The notes under the pieces: generated by a model | What the model was told of the DNA's origin: nothing | The model's input: the letters and a program-made list of their open reading frames with translations, nothing else | The model's database searches: none | Shown: positions 26,612-39,537 of the stretch, one piece after another | Layout: each line of letters begins with the position of its first letter | How positions within the stretch are numbered: the stretch's first letter is position 1 | Source: Octopus sinensis | Taxonomy: Eukaryota | Direction: 5' to 3' | NCBI RefSeq assembly: GCF_006345805.1 | Contig: NC_043003.1 | Location: 93,930,001-93,994,000 of the forward strand | Length of the DNA stretch: 64,000 bases | Made by a program: the position numbers and the translations under genes

Positions 26612-29302
26612 TTATTGTTGGCATTCTTTTTGTTTCGGGAGACAATGGAGTTGCGCGTAAAACAATCTAGCCCGGCTTTTGCATTTCATGTCCTAATACA
26701 TCTCCTGCTGTGGCTGTGTAGTCCTATCCTGGACAAACACTCCCTCTGGCAGGTGCCGCAAATGTAGCAAAGACTTTGCCTGGCTGGTTGTAATGTCATA
26801 GTTTCTTGTTGACGTCTTTTCTTATCTTTCCATTTCTCCTCTCTCCCTCTATGTCACTCCTTTGTGTTCCCTCTTTTACGGTACGTCGCCAATCTCCCAG
26901 TTGGTAATATTGATGTTGCTGGCATTCATGTCCCTTTTGCAAACATCCTTGTATCGTAAGAACAGACTTCCCACAGTCCTAGTGCCCCTAGCAAGCTCTC
27001 CGTAGAATATGTCCTTAGGGATTCTGCTATCTTCCATACGGCTAACATGTCCAAGACATCTCATACGTCTTTGTGTGAGGAGTGCAAACATGCTTGGTAT
27101 TCCTGCTTGCTTGAGGACATCTTTGTTGGGGACAGGATTCTGCCATTTGATGCGAAAGATTTTCTGAAGGCGGCGCAGGTGAAAGATATTTAGGCGACGC
27201 TCTTGGCGTGTGTATGGCGACCAAGTCTCACTTCCAAACAGTAGAGTGCTAAGTACACATGCCTGGTAAATCTTTATTTTTGTGGTCATGGTCAGCTTAT
27301 TGTTGTCAAATGCCCTTTTGGAGAGTTGGGCCATCTCAGCAGCTGCCTTGCCAATGCGTATATTGAGCTCAGCATCAAGGGATAGGTTGTAGGTGACAGT
27401 AGAGCCAAGATAGGTAAACTTCTCCACCTCCTATAGTCTGTGGTCTCCAATATATATGTTTGGGATGTCTGATGTAGCCCGACCCATGATGTTGGTCTTC
27501 TTGAGGCTGATAACTAAGCCAAAGTCGCTACATGCTTGCTCAAAACAGTTGATGAACCTTTGTAGGGCTTCTTCTGTGTCTGATACCAGAGCGACATCAT
27601 CAGCAAATAGCATCTCTTCGATCAGGACGCTTCTGATTTTGGTCTTGGCACGCAGATGCGAGAGATTGAACAGTTTCCCGTCACTTCTACTGTCTCATCA
27701 TCTGCTGTCTCAAAGGCATGTGACAGCAGCAGCGAGAAGAAGATGCCAAATAATATAGGAGCAAGGACACAACCTTGCTTTACCCCGTTTTATTTGGAAG
27801 GAGGATGATGTTGAACCATTGTGTTGTATGGTGCCTTGCATATCATCATGGAAAGATTTGATGATCCTCACCAGCTTTGGTGGACATCCGATTTTTTGGA
27901 GCAGGATGAAAAGGCCTTTTCTACTTACCAAGTCAAAGGCCTTTGTCGATCAATGAAGGCTATATATAATGGCATTTTCTGCTCTCTGGACTTCTCCTGA
28001 AGTTGGCGTATGGAGAGTATCATGTTAATAGTTGATCTACTTCTTCTAAAGCCACACTGCGATTCTGGATAAATTCGAGAAGCAAGCAGTTGTAGCCTGA
28101 ACAGGATAACGCGAGCAAAGGTCTTTCCATCAGTGCTTAGAAGAGATATTCCACGGTAATTGTTACAATCACCACGGTCACCTTTGTTTTTGTAAAGCGT
28201 AATAATGTTAGCATTCCGCATATCCCGAGGGACTGTACCCTCTTCCCAGCACTGACACAGAAGCTCATGAACATGCCGAAGCAGGATGGTGTTTTTGCCG
28301 GTTTTGATGATCTCTAAGGGGATGCCGTCTTTTCCCGGAGCCTTGTTACGTACTAGGGAGTCAATAGCCTTGGTGAGCTCTGCTATAGATGGCAGACTGT
28401 CAAGCTCGCACATGACTGGCAAGATCTTGACACCCTCGATTGCAGCCTCAGCTACCGTGGTCTCCCGTGAGTAGAGATCCTGGTAGTTCTCCACCCATCT
28501 ATTCATTTGCTTGCTTTAGTCCTTGATGAGATCTCCAGTAGTTCAGAGGGGCTGACTTGGTTGCGGATGGACCGAGGGCCTTCTTCAAACCGGCATACAT
28601 CCCACGGGTGTCGCCACTGTCAGCAGCTGACTGGATACTCTGACAGATTTCCTGCCAATAGCTATTTGCACAGCGTCTGGCAGTTAGTTGGGTTTTATTT
28701 CTTGCCTTTCTTAATTCTTCGAGTGACTTTGTAGAAGAATCACTCTTTTATTGCATTAGAGCTGCACGTTTTGCTTCAATAACTGTTTCCAGCTCTGAGA
28801 GCCCAGCACTGAACCAATCTGGGTTTTGCCTTTCTCTCATGCCGAAAGTATCTATTGGTGTGATATACAAAGCTTCCCTGATATAATTCCACCAACTTTC
28901 AGCAGATGAGGTCGGACAGCTACTGGGGGCAACCTTGATAGAAACAGCAAAACATTTTCGCAGTGTAGGGTCCGAGGTTCTGGCAGTGTTAATGCGTGGT
29001 CGGCCCATTTTCTTGGAGTGATGGGCTTTTTAGGCAGAATCCTCACCCTGCTTCTTATTAGTGAATGATCTGTGTCACAATCCGCGCTGTGGTAATAACG
29101 GGTCAGTTGAACAGATTTCAGAAAGGATCTTCGTGTAATGATGAGATCCATCTGTTGCCAGTGGTGAGATCTTGGATGTCTCCAAGATGCCTTGTGGGAT
29201 GTCTTGTTGGCAAAGAATGTGTTGGTGATGCACGGGTTATGGTATATGCAGAATTCAAGTAGTCTCTGACCATTGTCATTCATGTTGCCAATACCAAAAC
29301 AC
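26612..29302 (-). mobile_element. RTE-clade LINE, 5'-truncated and frameshifted
   Basis: APE end (NDNGQRLLEFC...TNTFF...SWRHPRSHHW...ADCDTDHSLI), RT (KAPGKDGI, YKNKGDRGDCNNYRGISLL, PESQCGFR, LFADD, FTYLGS) and a C-terminal C2H2-like motif near 26700-26760. Confidence 0.92.
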
Positions 29303-29483
29303 ATATACTTACATATATATACGATTGATTTGTTTCAGTTCCTGTCTACGAAATCCACCCCCCACACATATATATGTATTTATACACACACACACACACA
29401 CACACAAAGATAAATTTATAGATACAACTGAGTGGGCAAACAAAAATATGAGACACTGCGTATTGCGTTTTTATATTTTGATA

Positions 29484-29782
29484 AGCCTGGTACTTATTCG
29501 TCTTGTGAGACCAGTAAGTTATGGAGATGTAAATAAACGAACACCAATTGTGAAGCAGTGATGAGGGAGAAACACAAAGACATACACATAGACTTACATA
29601 TATACATACATATACATACAATTCATTTCTTTCAGTTTCTGTCTACAAAATCCACTGACAAGGCTTTGGTTGGTCTGAGGCTATAGCAGAAGACACATGC
29701 CAAGTAACCACATAGTGGGACTGAACTGAGGACCATGTGTTTTGGAACCAAGTTTGTTACCACACAGCCACACCTGCACCTA
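29484..29782 (-). mobile_element. Old SINE family B copy
   Basis: Reverse-complement match including the head (cacacagccacacctgcacct). Confidence 0.75.
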
Positions 29783-29875
29783 TGTATGTGTGTGTGAGGG
29801 GGTGTACGTGTGTATGGGTGTATATATGTATGCATGTATATGTGTGTATATATATGTGTACATATTACATGTACA

Positions 29876-29877
<2 letters not shown>

Positions 29878-29932
<55 letters not shown>

Positions 29933-30035
29933 CTAGACATACATATATACATATACATGTATATCTATAGAAATACATCTATACATATACAGTTATACAT
30001 ATACATATATACATATATATCTATATATATACATG

Positions 30036-30112
<77 letters not shown>

Positions 30113-30113
30113 G

Positions 30114-30145
<32 letters not shown>
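29878..30145. repeat. (TA)n and (TCTA)n microsatellites
   Basis: Directly visible repeats. Confidence 0.9.
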
Positions 30146-30184
30146 CATCCATATACATCCATATACATGCAATAGAGAGATGTT

Positions 30185-30432
30185 TTTGTTTCACTTTTAA
30201 CACGTAATACTGAAATAGTGGAGAAGATATGATATTGCTGTGGGCTCACCCTAGGCCAGAGATTAAATATTCTTTTTTGCCCATGACACTACATGGACCC
30301 TAAGTAAGGCATGTGTAAAATTTGAATGAAATTGGTTGTGTAGTTCTCAAGTTTTAGGGATTCACGCAGACAGACAGACAGACAGACAGATAGACAGACA
30401 GACACATATTCTCAGTTTTATATATATAGATA
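30185..30432 (-). mobile_element. Non-autonomous Helitron-like fragment with internal (GACA)n
   Basis: aaaatttgaatgaaattggttgtgtagtt...(cagA)n...ttttatatatatagat has the layout of Lep1-type non-autonomous Helitrons. The minus strand starts a|TCtatatatataaaa. Confidence 0.5.
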
Positions 30433-30578
30433 TATATATATTTGTCTGCGTGTCTGTGATTGTCCCCCCACCATCACTTGACAACCGATGCTGATGTGTT
30501 TACGTCCCCGTAACATAGTGTAAGTACTAGGCTCCAGCATGGCCGCAGTCAGTGGCTGAAACAAACAAAAGGATATAA

Positions 30579-30620
<42 letters not shown>

Positions 30621-32886
30621 AATATCCTTTTAGGAAATAGAAGACAATGTCAATAAAAAGATTCAAGATTCGTTAGCCATCAAATATGATAATAATATAC
30701 ATCGTATTTATTAAAAACATATACGATAAGTTCGTATACAGTGATATAGATGACCATCTATAACGAATAATTTTATTTTGAATCATAGTTACATTTTTAT
30801 TTATGTTCGTACATTAATATGTAAATATATGTATGTGTATTCCATTGTAATGGATTATGAAAACCACAAGCCGAGGCGAAATTTGAGTAGTGACCATAAT
30901 GGAACAACCATTACCTTTAATGAAATGTATATTTATAGACAGCGCATTCTCAGTAATATGACTTATTTACTTAACACAACTTTGCACATTTTGTATGCAT
31001 TTGGAAACAAGCATTAACATGTACTTTTGTTTTCACACAAAGAATGAGGTTTCACTCCGTCACTATTCCAGTTGCTTGATTATTTGCATGTTATTCTTGT
31101 TGTAAGAAAACAATTTTTTTGTGAGCTTTAACACGGAATTGATAAATAGCGATTTTGTTTCTTGAAGAAAGTGAGAGCAAATATGCAACTCAGTATTGAG
31201 GCGGGGTGAATATTCCGATTTGTATAAGCACGTACGTTCATACATACATACATGCATACATACATAGATACATACATACATTCATACATACATGCATACA
31301 AACATTTGTACGTACATACGTACGTACGTACATATACACACACACATACATACATATATACATTCATGGAAATACTCGGTTTCACAGAGAAAGAAAGAAG
31401 CTGAGGTGGATTCTCCAAATCCAATCTATTAGTGGCACAGTGAAGATTTGTAAGACATTCCCAAAATACTCCATCTGAGATTCTTATGTGAACATATGCA
31501 ATCCGTTAGGTGTATACATCGACAGTTCAACGAACAGACCAACTAAATGTATTTACAACCGGCTTGAACTCTCCCAAGAATTTTAATGAAACTCACAGAA
31601 AAATCACACATATATACACAGGCAAACACACATGTCTACACAAACACACGAAGACAGACAAACTTTGTAGCCTATATTGCACAATATCTTAAAGACACTA
31701 CAATATCATTAATTGCTTTCGATAACTTCATACTGGAGTTCACCTTTGCGCTTACACCATTTGCGTATCACAACCAATGAGGTTTTGACAATGATAAATT
31801 CATACTCTAATTACGAATCCATAAACTTAACTCTGTACCATGAAACTTTCTCTATCAAACGACATCATGTAGTACCATCTGATTTTCTCCTCCTTGAATA
31901 ATTCCCACCTGCTGTGCTGTTTGTTGCGTGTTGCCTTGATATAACGTCTATCGTATCTCGTATCATCAATTAATCAATTATTAATTCATTAAGCAATTAT
32001 TATTAATCATTAAGCAAATGTTTAACTTTATAATTATGTTAACTAACAATTTATTCAAATAAGTGTTTACTGAAACTATCTATTTAGCTATTTAATCGAA
32101 TATTTATTTGTTTAGCTTGTAAATTACGCTTTGAATTCTCAATTTAAACGATAATATATGAAATAAAGATATAAATAATTTTCAAATACAAAACTGTAAT
32201 GATTCTCTCAAGACCATTTGTATTGGTCAAACACTTCCCATGGCATCTTATTTTTATTCTATTCCATATTAAAACTGTATCTATTTCTTTCATATGCTAA
32301 TTTATATCTGGTCCGCTCAGTGTCAGTTATATCTGTTTGGTGGTCATCTGATTGTTTCCCTTGACCCAGTGCATTAAAGAAGGTTTTTCTTTTGTTGCTT
32401 AATCTAATTTTACACGTTAAAAGCTGGAGGACTTATTTAACCAAGGGATGTGATCTTTCATTGCAATGTTGTATTTGTTTTCTATAGTTACCATCTGAAG
32501 AAACGTTTTCGAATGCGGAAATCCGCGTGCAACGATTTATAGTTCCAGCCAAATAAAATAATTATACACTACTTATATTAAATATTTCTTTCACCGTTCA
32601 TTGCTACCGATTTATTACACACAGGCGCGTGGGCGTGTAGATTTATATACGCACACATATACGCATATGTATGCATGTATGAATATACGTGCAATATTAC
32701 GATTATGCAAGCATATGTGCACAACATGAACATATATGTGCGTTGTGTGTGTGTGTGTCTATGTAGACACATATAAATATACCGATGACGCACTATAAAA
32801 TATAGCTATAGAATTTTAAACAGATATTATGTTCTGATATATGTTTATAGTGCGTTTATTTACACACGCGCATATGCACACACATA

Positions 32887-32927
<41 letters not shown>

Positions 32928-32949
32928 TATATATATTATATATATATAT

Positions 32950-33540
32950 ATGCCTTGTTAATTTTTCTCTATAAATGTGATGTCTATTACAATAACTTAA
33001 TTAACCTATGATATTGTCTATGAAGTTTCTGGTAGAAACAAGACTAAAACATTTTATGTGCTTATGAATTTTTCTTATTTTCTATATTTCTTTATTAGAG
33101 GAGGAAGGGGACTTTTTCAGGTTCTCTGGGGCAGGAGATTACCTTCAGATCAATCACAAACCTAGCCCAAATTCTTACAACAGCGTAGGCCCCGTAAAAT
33201 ACACTCACGTCGACGTAGTGGTGTCAAACAGGGTTATAGATTAAGGCTACCAATATAAGGAGTGACCATTCTTGCAGAGTTCCACTCAGCTCTCATGAGG
33301 CTTGTTAAGGTTATCTCCACAGATTTTCTATAGAAATTATACCCAATACTGATTTTGCTAAAACTTTTCGTATCCTTGACGCCAGATATAAACAAACAAT
33401 GAGAGCGCAGATGCAAAATGGGTAATGTGTGTGCATGACACGTTTCAGGAGTTTTTGCTCCCTCATCAGCATCATCCAATCCATTAATCATCCACTAACT
33501 CATTGCTTAAATAGCCACTAAATATAGGGGTGTAACATTA
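32950..33540 (-). mobile_element. PLE terminal-repeat-like fragment with a degenerate HHR
   Basis: Minus strand at 33432-33475 reads CTGATGA GGGAG caaaaa CTCCT GAAA cgtgtc. The element abuts (TA)n. Confidence 0.5.
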
Positions 33541-35374
33541 TTCATGAAGCATATTTTGCACGAAAGCTTTTGGTCGAGAAGACACTTGTTTAAGGTGCCG
33601 TACTGTGGGAATGAACGGGGAACCATGTAATTACGAAACGAAATTTTACTTGCATAGTCATACCTTTACTAGTATAACTGATTAAAAATTACGAGTAAAA
33701 TATTTCAACAGCTTGGCAATTTATGCATTTCACACGTCGAAGGAATTACTTGTTTTGTTTTTTTAAACTACTTTATTTCATTTCGGAGGTATACTTCTCA
33801 GGTAAGTGATTTGATATGAGACCGTGTGTTAAAACTAAGGCAATGACAGCTTGGAAGGCTCATACAAGTCATAAGCCATCCCAAAGTACACTAAATTTTT
33901 CTTTCTATTATAGGCATAAGGTTCGAAATTTTATGGGGGATGCCAGTCAAGCACTAGTCCCAGTGTTGAGTGATACTTATTTCATCGAACCTAAATGGAC
34001 GAAGGGAAAAGTTTGGCGAAATTTCAACTGAGAACGTAAAAACAGGTGAAATGCTGTTAAACATTTTGTACGGATTGCTAAAGAAACCCACCAAATTTTA
34101 TGTGAAGTTAACACTATATTTGAATGGCCAATATATCATCAGCGCTGTAACTTTTACTTAATTTTTTTATAAATTTGGACTCAGAACAGGTGATTCTTTA
34201 TTTTTTATTTCGGACTCAGAATAGGGAGACAGAAGAAATGCTGCTAAGCATTTTGCCAGTGTGCTAACGATTCTGTCAGTTTGTCGTCCTTCTCAGCTTA
34301 AATGTTAAACCAAGCTTAAACGTTAGGTTCCTCTCGGCTTTACACCATAGAAACTTATCCAATCTCACGAATTTCACTCTATGCAATGAAACATACACAC
34401 AATTACACGCAATTTTCTATTTCTTATTGTTGTTTAGTCCCAAGTCACGTGCAGTTGAGTAGATCTATGATAATAGACATTTTATTTCTGACAACCTAGT
34501 CCTATATTTTCCAGACAGTGTGCAACATTATCCGATACGTTCTTCCTTTTTAAGATAAAAGGTCGTAATTTTGAGGGTGACCATTTAAAGTCTCTTCAGT
34601 TCACTTATTTTTTGTTTTTCTTTTACTTCACTTTATAATATAAAATTATGCTCGTATTTCTAAAAATATTTTCTTGTTGGTTTTCTAAACGTTAGAATTC
34701 CCCTGTGATTTTTGACTTCTTTATCGATAAATCAAGCAGAAATGGCAATTTTATGATCAATTAGATTTATATTGTCTGTTAGTTGCTCAATTATAGGTTG
34801 TAAATTATTAATGGCTGTCAGAAATCGTCGATGCATCTTTCTAACATCTCTTTATAATAAAGGCAACGTAATATATTCTTCCCTTTACTTTTTAGTTATC
34901 AGTGTATGTAAAAATCTTATGTTGTGCAACTTTTTCCTAAAACAAACCTAAGTACGCACTAAATGTATAATTATAGATTAGTACATTATTTTTTAAAGCA
35001 GCTAACGTGTGCACAGATTAATTTCGTTTGCGAGCTGGTTGTAAATGGCTTCGTAGCGCCTACGCGTGCAACCTAGGGTGTGCAGTGCTGGCAATTGTGT
35101 TAACGATAGAATGAATTTTAAATCAATAATCGCACTTGAAACAACATTAGATTAAAATAATGATGTGCATAAATTTATATGGTGCATACAAATGTAGAAC
35201 GCCTCCAGTTGTAATACGACAACTAACGTCGCTCTATGATTATAGAAGTAAGTTTGATTATATGTATATCTTCTTTACAGCAGTTAAAGTAACGTTAAAT
35301 TTCATAGCGGATGCGAACCAACCGTCAAGGATTTTGGACGTGCATCGAGTCATTAGGCATAATCCTCTATGCTG

Positions 35375-35733
35375 TAGACATAAGAAATGGAAGTTGTGTA
35401 GAAGGGGATACTCGACAACATCGACCCCAGTACTTTCCTGGTACTTAATTTATCGTCATTGAAAGGATGAAAAGCAAAGTCGACCTCAGTGGAATTTGAA
35501 CTCAGAACGTAAAGACGGACGAAATACCTATATATTTTCTACCCACAAGGGGCTAAACACAAAGGGGACAAACAAGGACAGACAAACGGATTAAGTCGAT
35601 TACATCGACCCCAGTGCGTAACTGGTATTTAATTTATCGACCCCGGAAGGATGAAAGGCAAAGTCGACCTCGGCGGAATTTGAACTCAGAACGTAACGGC
35701 AGACGAAATACTGCTAAGCATTTCGCCCGGCGA
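35375..35733 (-). mobile_element. Two adjacent SINE family A copies
   Basis: gaaggatgaaaggcaaagtcgacctcggcggaatttgaactcagaacgtaa occurs twice. Confidence 0.88.
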
Positions 35734-35983
35734 CTGCTTGAATAGCGATTTATTTTATTGATGTTGAGAGTGGAGAGAGAGAGAGAGACAATGGAATTTA
35801 CTGGGATTTTAACTCAGAACGTGAAAGGCCATAACAATATCAGAAATAATTACTCCTGCCAATCTACAGATTATTATTTATTCTTTTAGAACAGATGGTT
35901 TCGAAGCAGATGATTATAGATATGAGTGAAAATATTGGCTTAAAATACCCAGTGTATATATATATACATATATATATATATAT

Positions 35984-36370
35984 ACGCGTAGGAGTGGCTG
36001 TGTGGTAAGTAGCTTGCTTACAGACCACATGGTTGAGGGTTCAGTCCCACTACGTGGCACCTTGGGCAAGTGTCGTCTACTATAGCCTCGGGCCGACCAA
36101 AGCCTTGTGAGTGGATTTGATAGACGGAAACTGAAAGAAGCCCGTCGTATATATGTACATATATGTATGTGTGTGTCTGTGTTTGTCCTCCCAACATCGC
36201 TGGACAACCGATGCTGGTATGTTTACGTCCACGTAACTTAGCGGTTCGGCAAAAGAGACCGATAGAATAAGTACTAGCCTTACAAAGAATAAGTCCTGGG
36301 GTCGATTTGCTCGACTAAAGGTGGTGCTCCAGCATGGCCACATTCAAATGACTGAAACAAGTAAAAGAGA
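35984..36370 (+). mobile_element. SINE family B, full length
   Basis: Highly similar to 26186-26570. Confidence 0.92.
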
Positions 36371-36383
36371 TATATATAATCAC

Positions 36384-37146
36384 TGTTATTTCTAAGTCTC
36401 TCAATGAGAGATATTCAGTAACAGTACTCTAAAGTAAAGATTATTTGCCAACATAATGTGGCAGTCTCGATTGGGACGTATGTTACTGTTATCGACTGCT
36501 GTTGGCTATACGACACACGATCTGTGTCCTTATATTTTCGAACAGGGGAGCTTAGCATCCTCACTCATCAGGGGTTTCGTAGCGCCAAGTCTAGCCGAAC
36601 AGTTATTCTGAGCAGAGGAAGAGAAATAACCCAGAAAACGCGGCCCACAGGTATTGCTTTGTGTTGAGTAAGGATGCTAAACTCCCCTGTTCGAAAATAT
36701 AAGGACACAGGTAATGTCTCGTATAGCCGGCTGGAGACGATGTTTCCTGAGGCTAAATAACCATAACATTCGTCCCAGCCAGGACTTCCACATTATGTTG
36801 GCAAATAATCTTTACTTTAGAGCAATGTTGCTGAATGCCTCTCGTTGAGAGATTTAGAAATAATAATGCTTCTGTGTATTAGATCAGAAATATGTGTAAT
36901 TTTTTTGGCGTCACCATCTCTAGCCGAGCAGTTTTTCTGTGCCGAGGAAGAGAAATAACCCAGAAACCAAGGTCCACAGATATTGCTTTGTGCTGAGTGG
37001 GGATTGCTAAACTCCCCTATTTGAAAATATTAGGACACAAATAGTGTGTCGCATGGCCAGCTAGAGACGATGTTTCCTTGGGCTAAATAACAGTAACATT
37101 CGTCCCAACCGGGACTGCCATATTATGTTGTCAAATAGTTTTTACT
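36384..37146 (+). mobile_element. Decayed retrozyme-like element: inverted arm plus ~329-nt tandem monomers
   Basis: 36384-36566 is an inverted copy of ~36666-36866, and 36590-36815 repeats at 36919-37146. HHR-like motifs lie at 36607-36650 and 36936-36980. Confidence 0.75.
36936..36980 (+). ncRNA. Degenerate type I hammerhead ribozyme
   Basis: tctgtg-CCGAGGA-agagaaataaccca-GAAA-ccaagg-TC-cacaga. Stem I is a perfect 6 bp; the core has a U4C change and stem II is weak. Confidence 0.6.
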
Positions 37147-37479
37147 ATATATATAGTAAAACACACACACACACATATATATAAACACACACACACACAC
37201 ATATATATATAGAATAAATTAAAAAAGGAAAATATACACACTTTACATAGTTTTAATATAATTTTTAATATATCGATCGGCTTCGCTTTCGCTATTCATG
37301 AAATTTTTGTGTATGTTGTGTATGATGATATTTACGAGTGAATGATTTCAAGTAGAAAATAAGGGGAAGTAATTGGCTATCGTTATTATTGTTATTGTTG
37401 TGGGCAAGGGGGATAACTGTTCAGCTTTCGGTAACGGGAGGGTAATATATATATATATATATATATATATAATAATAAT

Positions 37480-38200
37480 ATTAGGGAATAAATCCAAACT
37501 TACAGGGAAAAATTAGATTTAGCATTAAATCCAATTTTATAGTATAAATATATTATATTATATTATATTATATTAAATTAGAGATAAAACCACTATTAGG
37601 CAAATCAAACAGTGAAAACATAAGCCAATACATAAAATTAATTTTAAAATATAAAAGTTAAAAATAAAAAAAATATTAAAATAATTTAAACTAATAAATT
37701 TTATATATATATATATTATATTAAATTAGAGATAAAACCACTATTAGGCAAATCAAACAGTGAAAACATAAGCCAATACATAAAATTAATTTTAAAATAT
37801 AAAAGTTAAAAATAAAAAAAATATTAAAATAATTTAAACTAATAAATTTTATATATATATACAAATATATATATATGTATGTATGTAAATTTTTATATTT
37901 ATATATTATTTTATTTATTAATTAATTAATTTATTAATTAATTATTTTTTTAAATAAATATCAAAAGTATTAAAAGTTTAATAAAGATAAAGTGTAAAAC
38001 TTTTAATACATTTGCTTTTTAGAATAAATAAATAAAAAAATAAATAAATAAATTAATTAATTAATAAAATAATATAAAAATATACATACATATATATATA
38101 TATATATTTGTATATATATATAAAATTTATCAGTTTAAATAATCTTTTATTTTTAACTTTTATATTCTCTAATTTAATATAATATAATATATATATATAT
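37480..38200. repeat. Extremely AT-rich block with a ~146-bp direct duplication and inverted copies
   Basis: tattatattaaattagagataaaaccactattagg...aaattttatat occurs at ~37566 and ~37713. 38050-38190 is largely the reverse complement of parts of 37560-37930. Confidence 0.85.
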
Positions 38201-38559
38201 ATATATATATAAGTAATACTAAGCAATAAAGGGTTTAGCAACGAATTGCCTTACCACATACCGAATTTAGAAATAGCAGTCAAAGAGTTATAGCTATTTC
38301 TTCTACTAAAAAGGGAGATCTCAGTAAAAACAGCAATTGGAAGGCAGACACAAACAGGTAAGAGAGAATGAATTGACGGCAATCTATCATACAATTTTAA
38401 GTTATCTACGGACGCACGTTTCGAAATCAAGTTTTTAGGAAAGCATAAGAATTAAATATTAAATAATTCTACCTTACCAAAACTCGCTCTGATACTGAGT
38501 TGAGTTGGTGCCTTCTAGTATCTCAAAATTCAATATATAATCATTTATGATTATAGTAT

Positions 38560-38659
38560 TCTACGCTGAAGAGAAAAGAAGTTTTGGTAAGGTAGAATTA
38601 TTTAATATTTAATTCTTATGCTTTCCTAAAAACTTGATTTCGAAACGTGCGTCCGTAGA
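38560..38659 (+). ncRNA. Type I hammerhead ribozyme with long helix II (copy 1)
   Basis: tctacg-CTGAAGA-gaaa[~60 nt]tttc-GAAA-cgtgcg-TC|cgtaga. All core nucleotides are present, stem I is 6 bp and the triplet is GUC. Predicted cleavage after 38653. Confidence 0.85.
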
Positions 38660-39152
38660 TAACTTAAAATTGTATGATAGATTGCCGTCAATTCATTCTC
38701 TCCTACCTGTTTGTGTCTGCCTTCCAATTGCTGTTTTTACTGAGATCTCCCTTTTTAGTAGAAGAAATAGCTATAACTCTTTGACTGCTATTTCTAAATT
38801 CGGTATGTGGTAAGACAATTCGTTGCTAAACCCTTTATTGCTTAGTATTACTTAAATTTTCCTCGAATGAGGCTTTTACATGCCGAAGACTACTTGGTGT
38901 AATTGATAATTATTCCAAATTAATTAATTTCACCCTTCATTATTACGGATAACCATATTTTATCTCAGTAGATGACCACAGCATCTTGTTTTGGCTACAC
39001 GCGGGTGGGAAGGGGCTGGTGACACAATCTTTTCATTCACACATTGAATTTGGTGATACTAGTTGCGGGTTCTAGCTCGCTCTGATACTGAGTTGAGTTG
39101 GTGCCTTCTAGTATCTCAAAATTCAATATATAATCATTTATGATTATAGTAT

Positions 39153-39252
39153 TCTACGCTGAAGAGAAAAGAAGTTTTGGTAAGGTAGAATTATTTAATA
39201 TTTAATTCTTATGCTTTCCTAAAAACTTGATTTCGAAACGTGCGTCCGTAGA
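39153..39252 (+). ncRNA. Type I hammerhead ribozyme with long helix II (copy 2)
   Basis: Identical to copy 1, 593 nt downstream. Predicted cleavage after 39246. Confidence 0.85.
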
Positions 39253-39537
39253 TAACTTAAAATTGTATGATAGATTGCCGTCAATTCATTCTCTCTTACC
39301 TGTTTGTGTCTGCCTTCCAATTGCTGTTTTTACTGAGATCTCCCTTTTTAGTAGAATAAATAGCTATAACTCTTTGACTGCTATTTCTAAATTCGGTATG
39401 TGGTAAGGCAATTCGTTGCTAAACCCTTTATTGCTTAGTATTACTTAAATTTTCCTCGAATGAGGCTTTTACATGCCGAAGACTACTTGGTGTAATTGAT
39501 AATTATTCCAAATTAATTAATTTCACCCTTCATTATT

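Noticed and set aside
36560-36580. Minus-strand CTGATGA next to GAAAC
   Set aside because: The order and spacing are incompatible with a hammerhead fold.
37272-37305. Minus-strand tgaata-gc-gaaa-gc-gaag as an HHR remnant
   Set aside because: Too many core mismatches to support.
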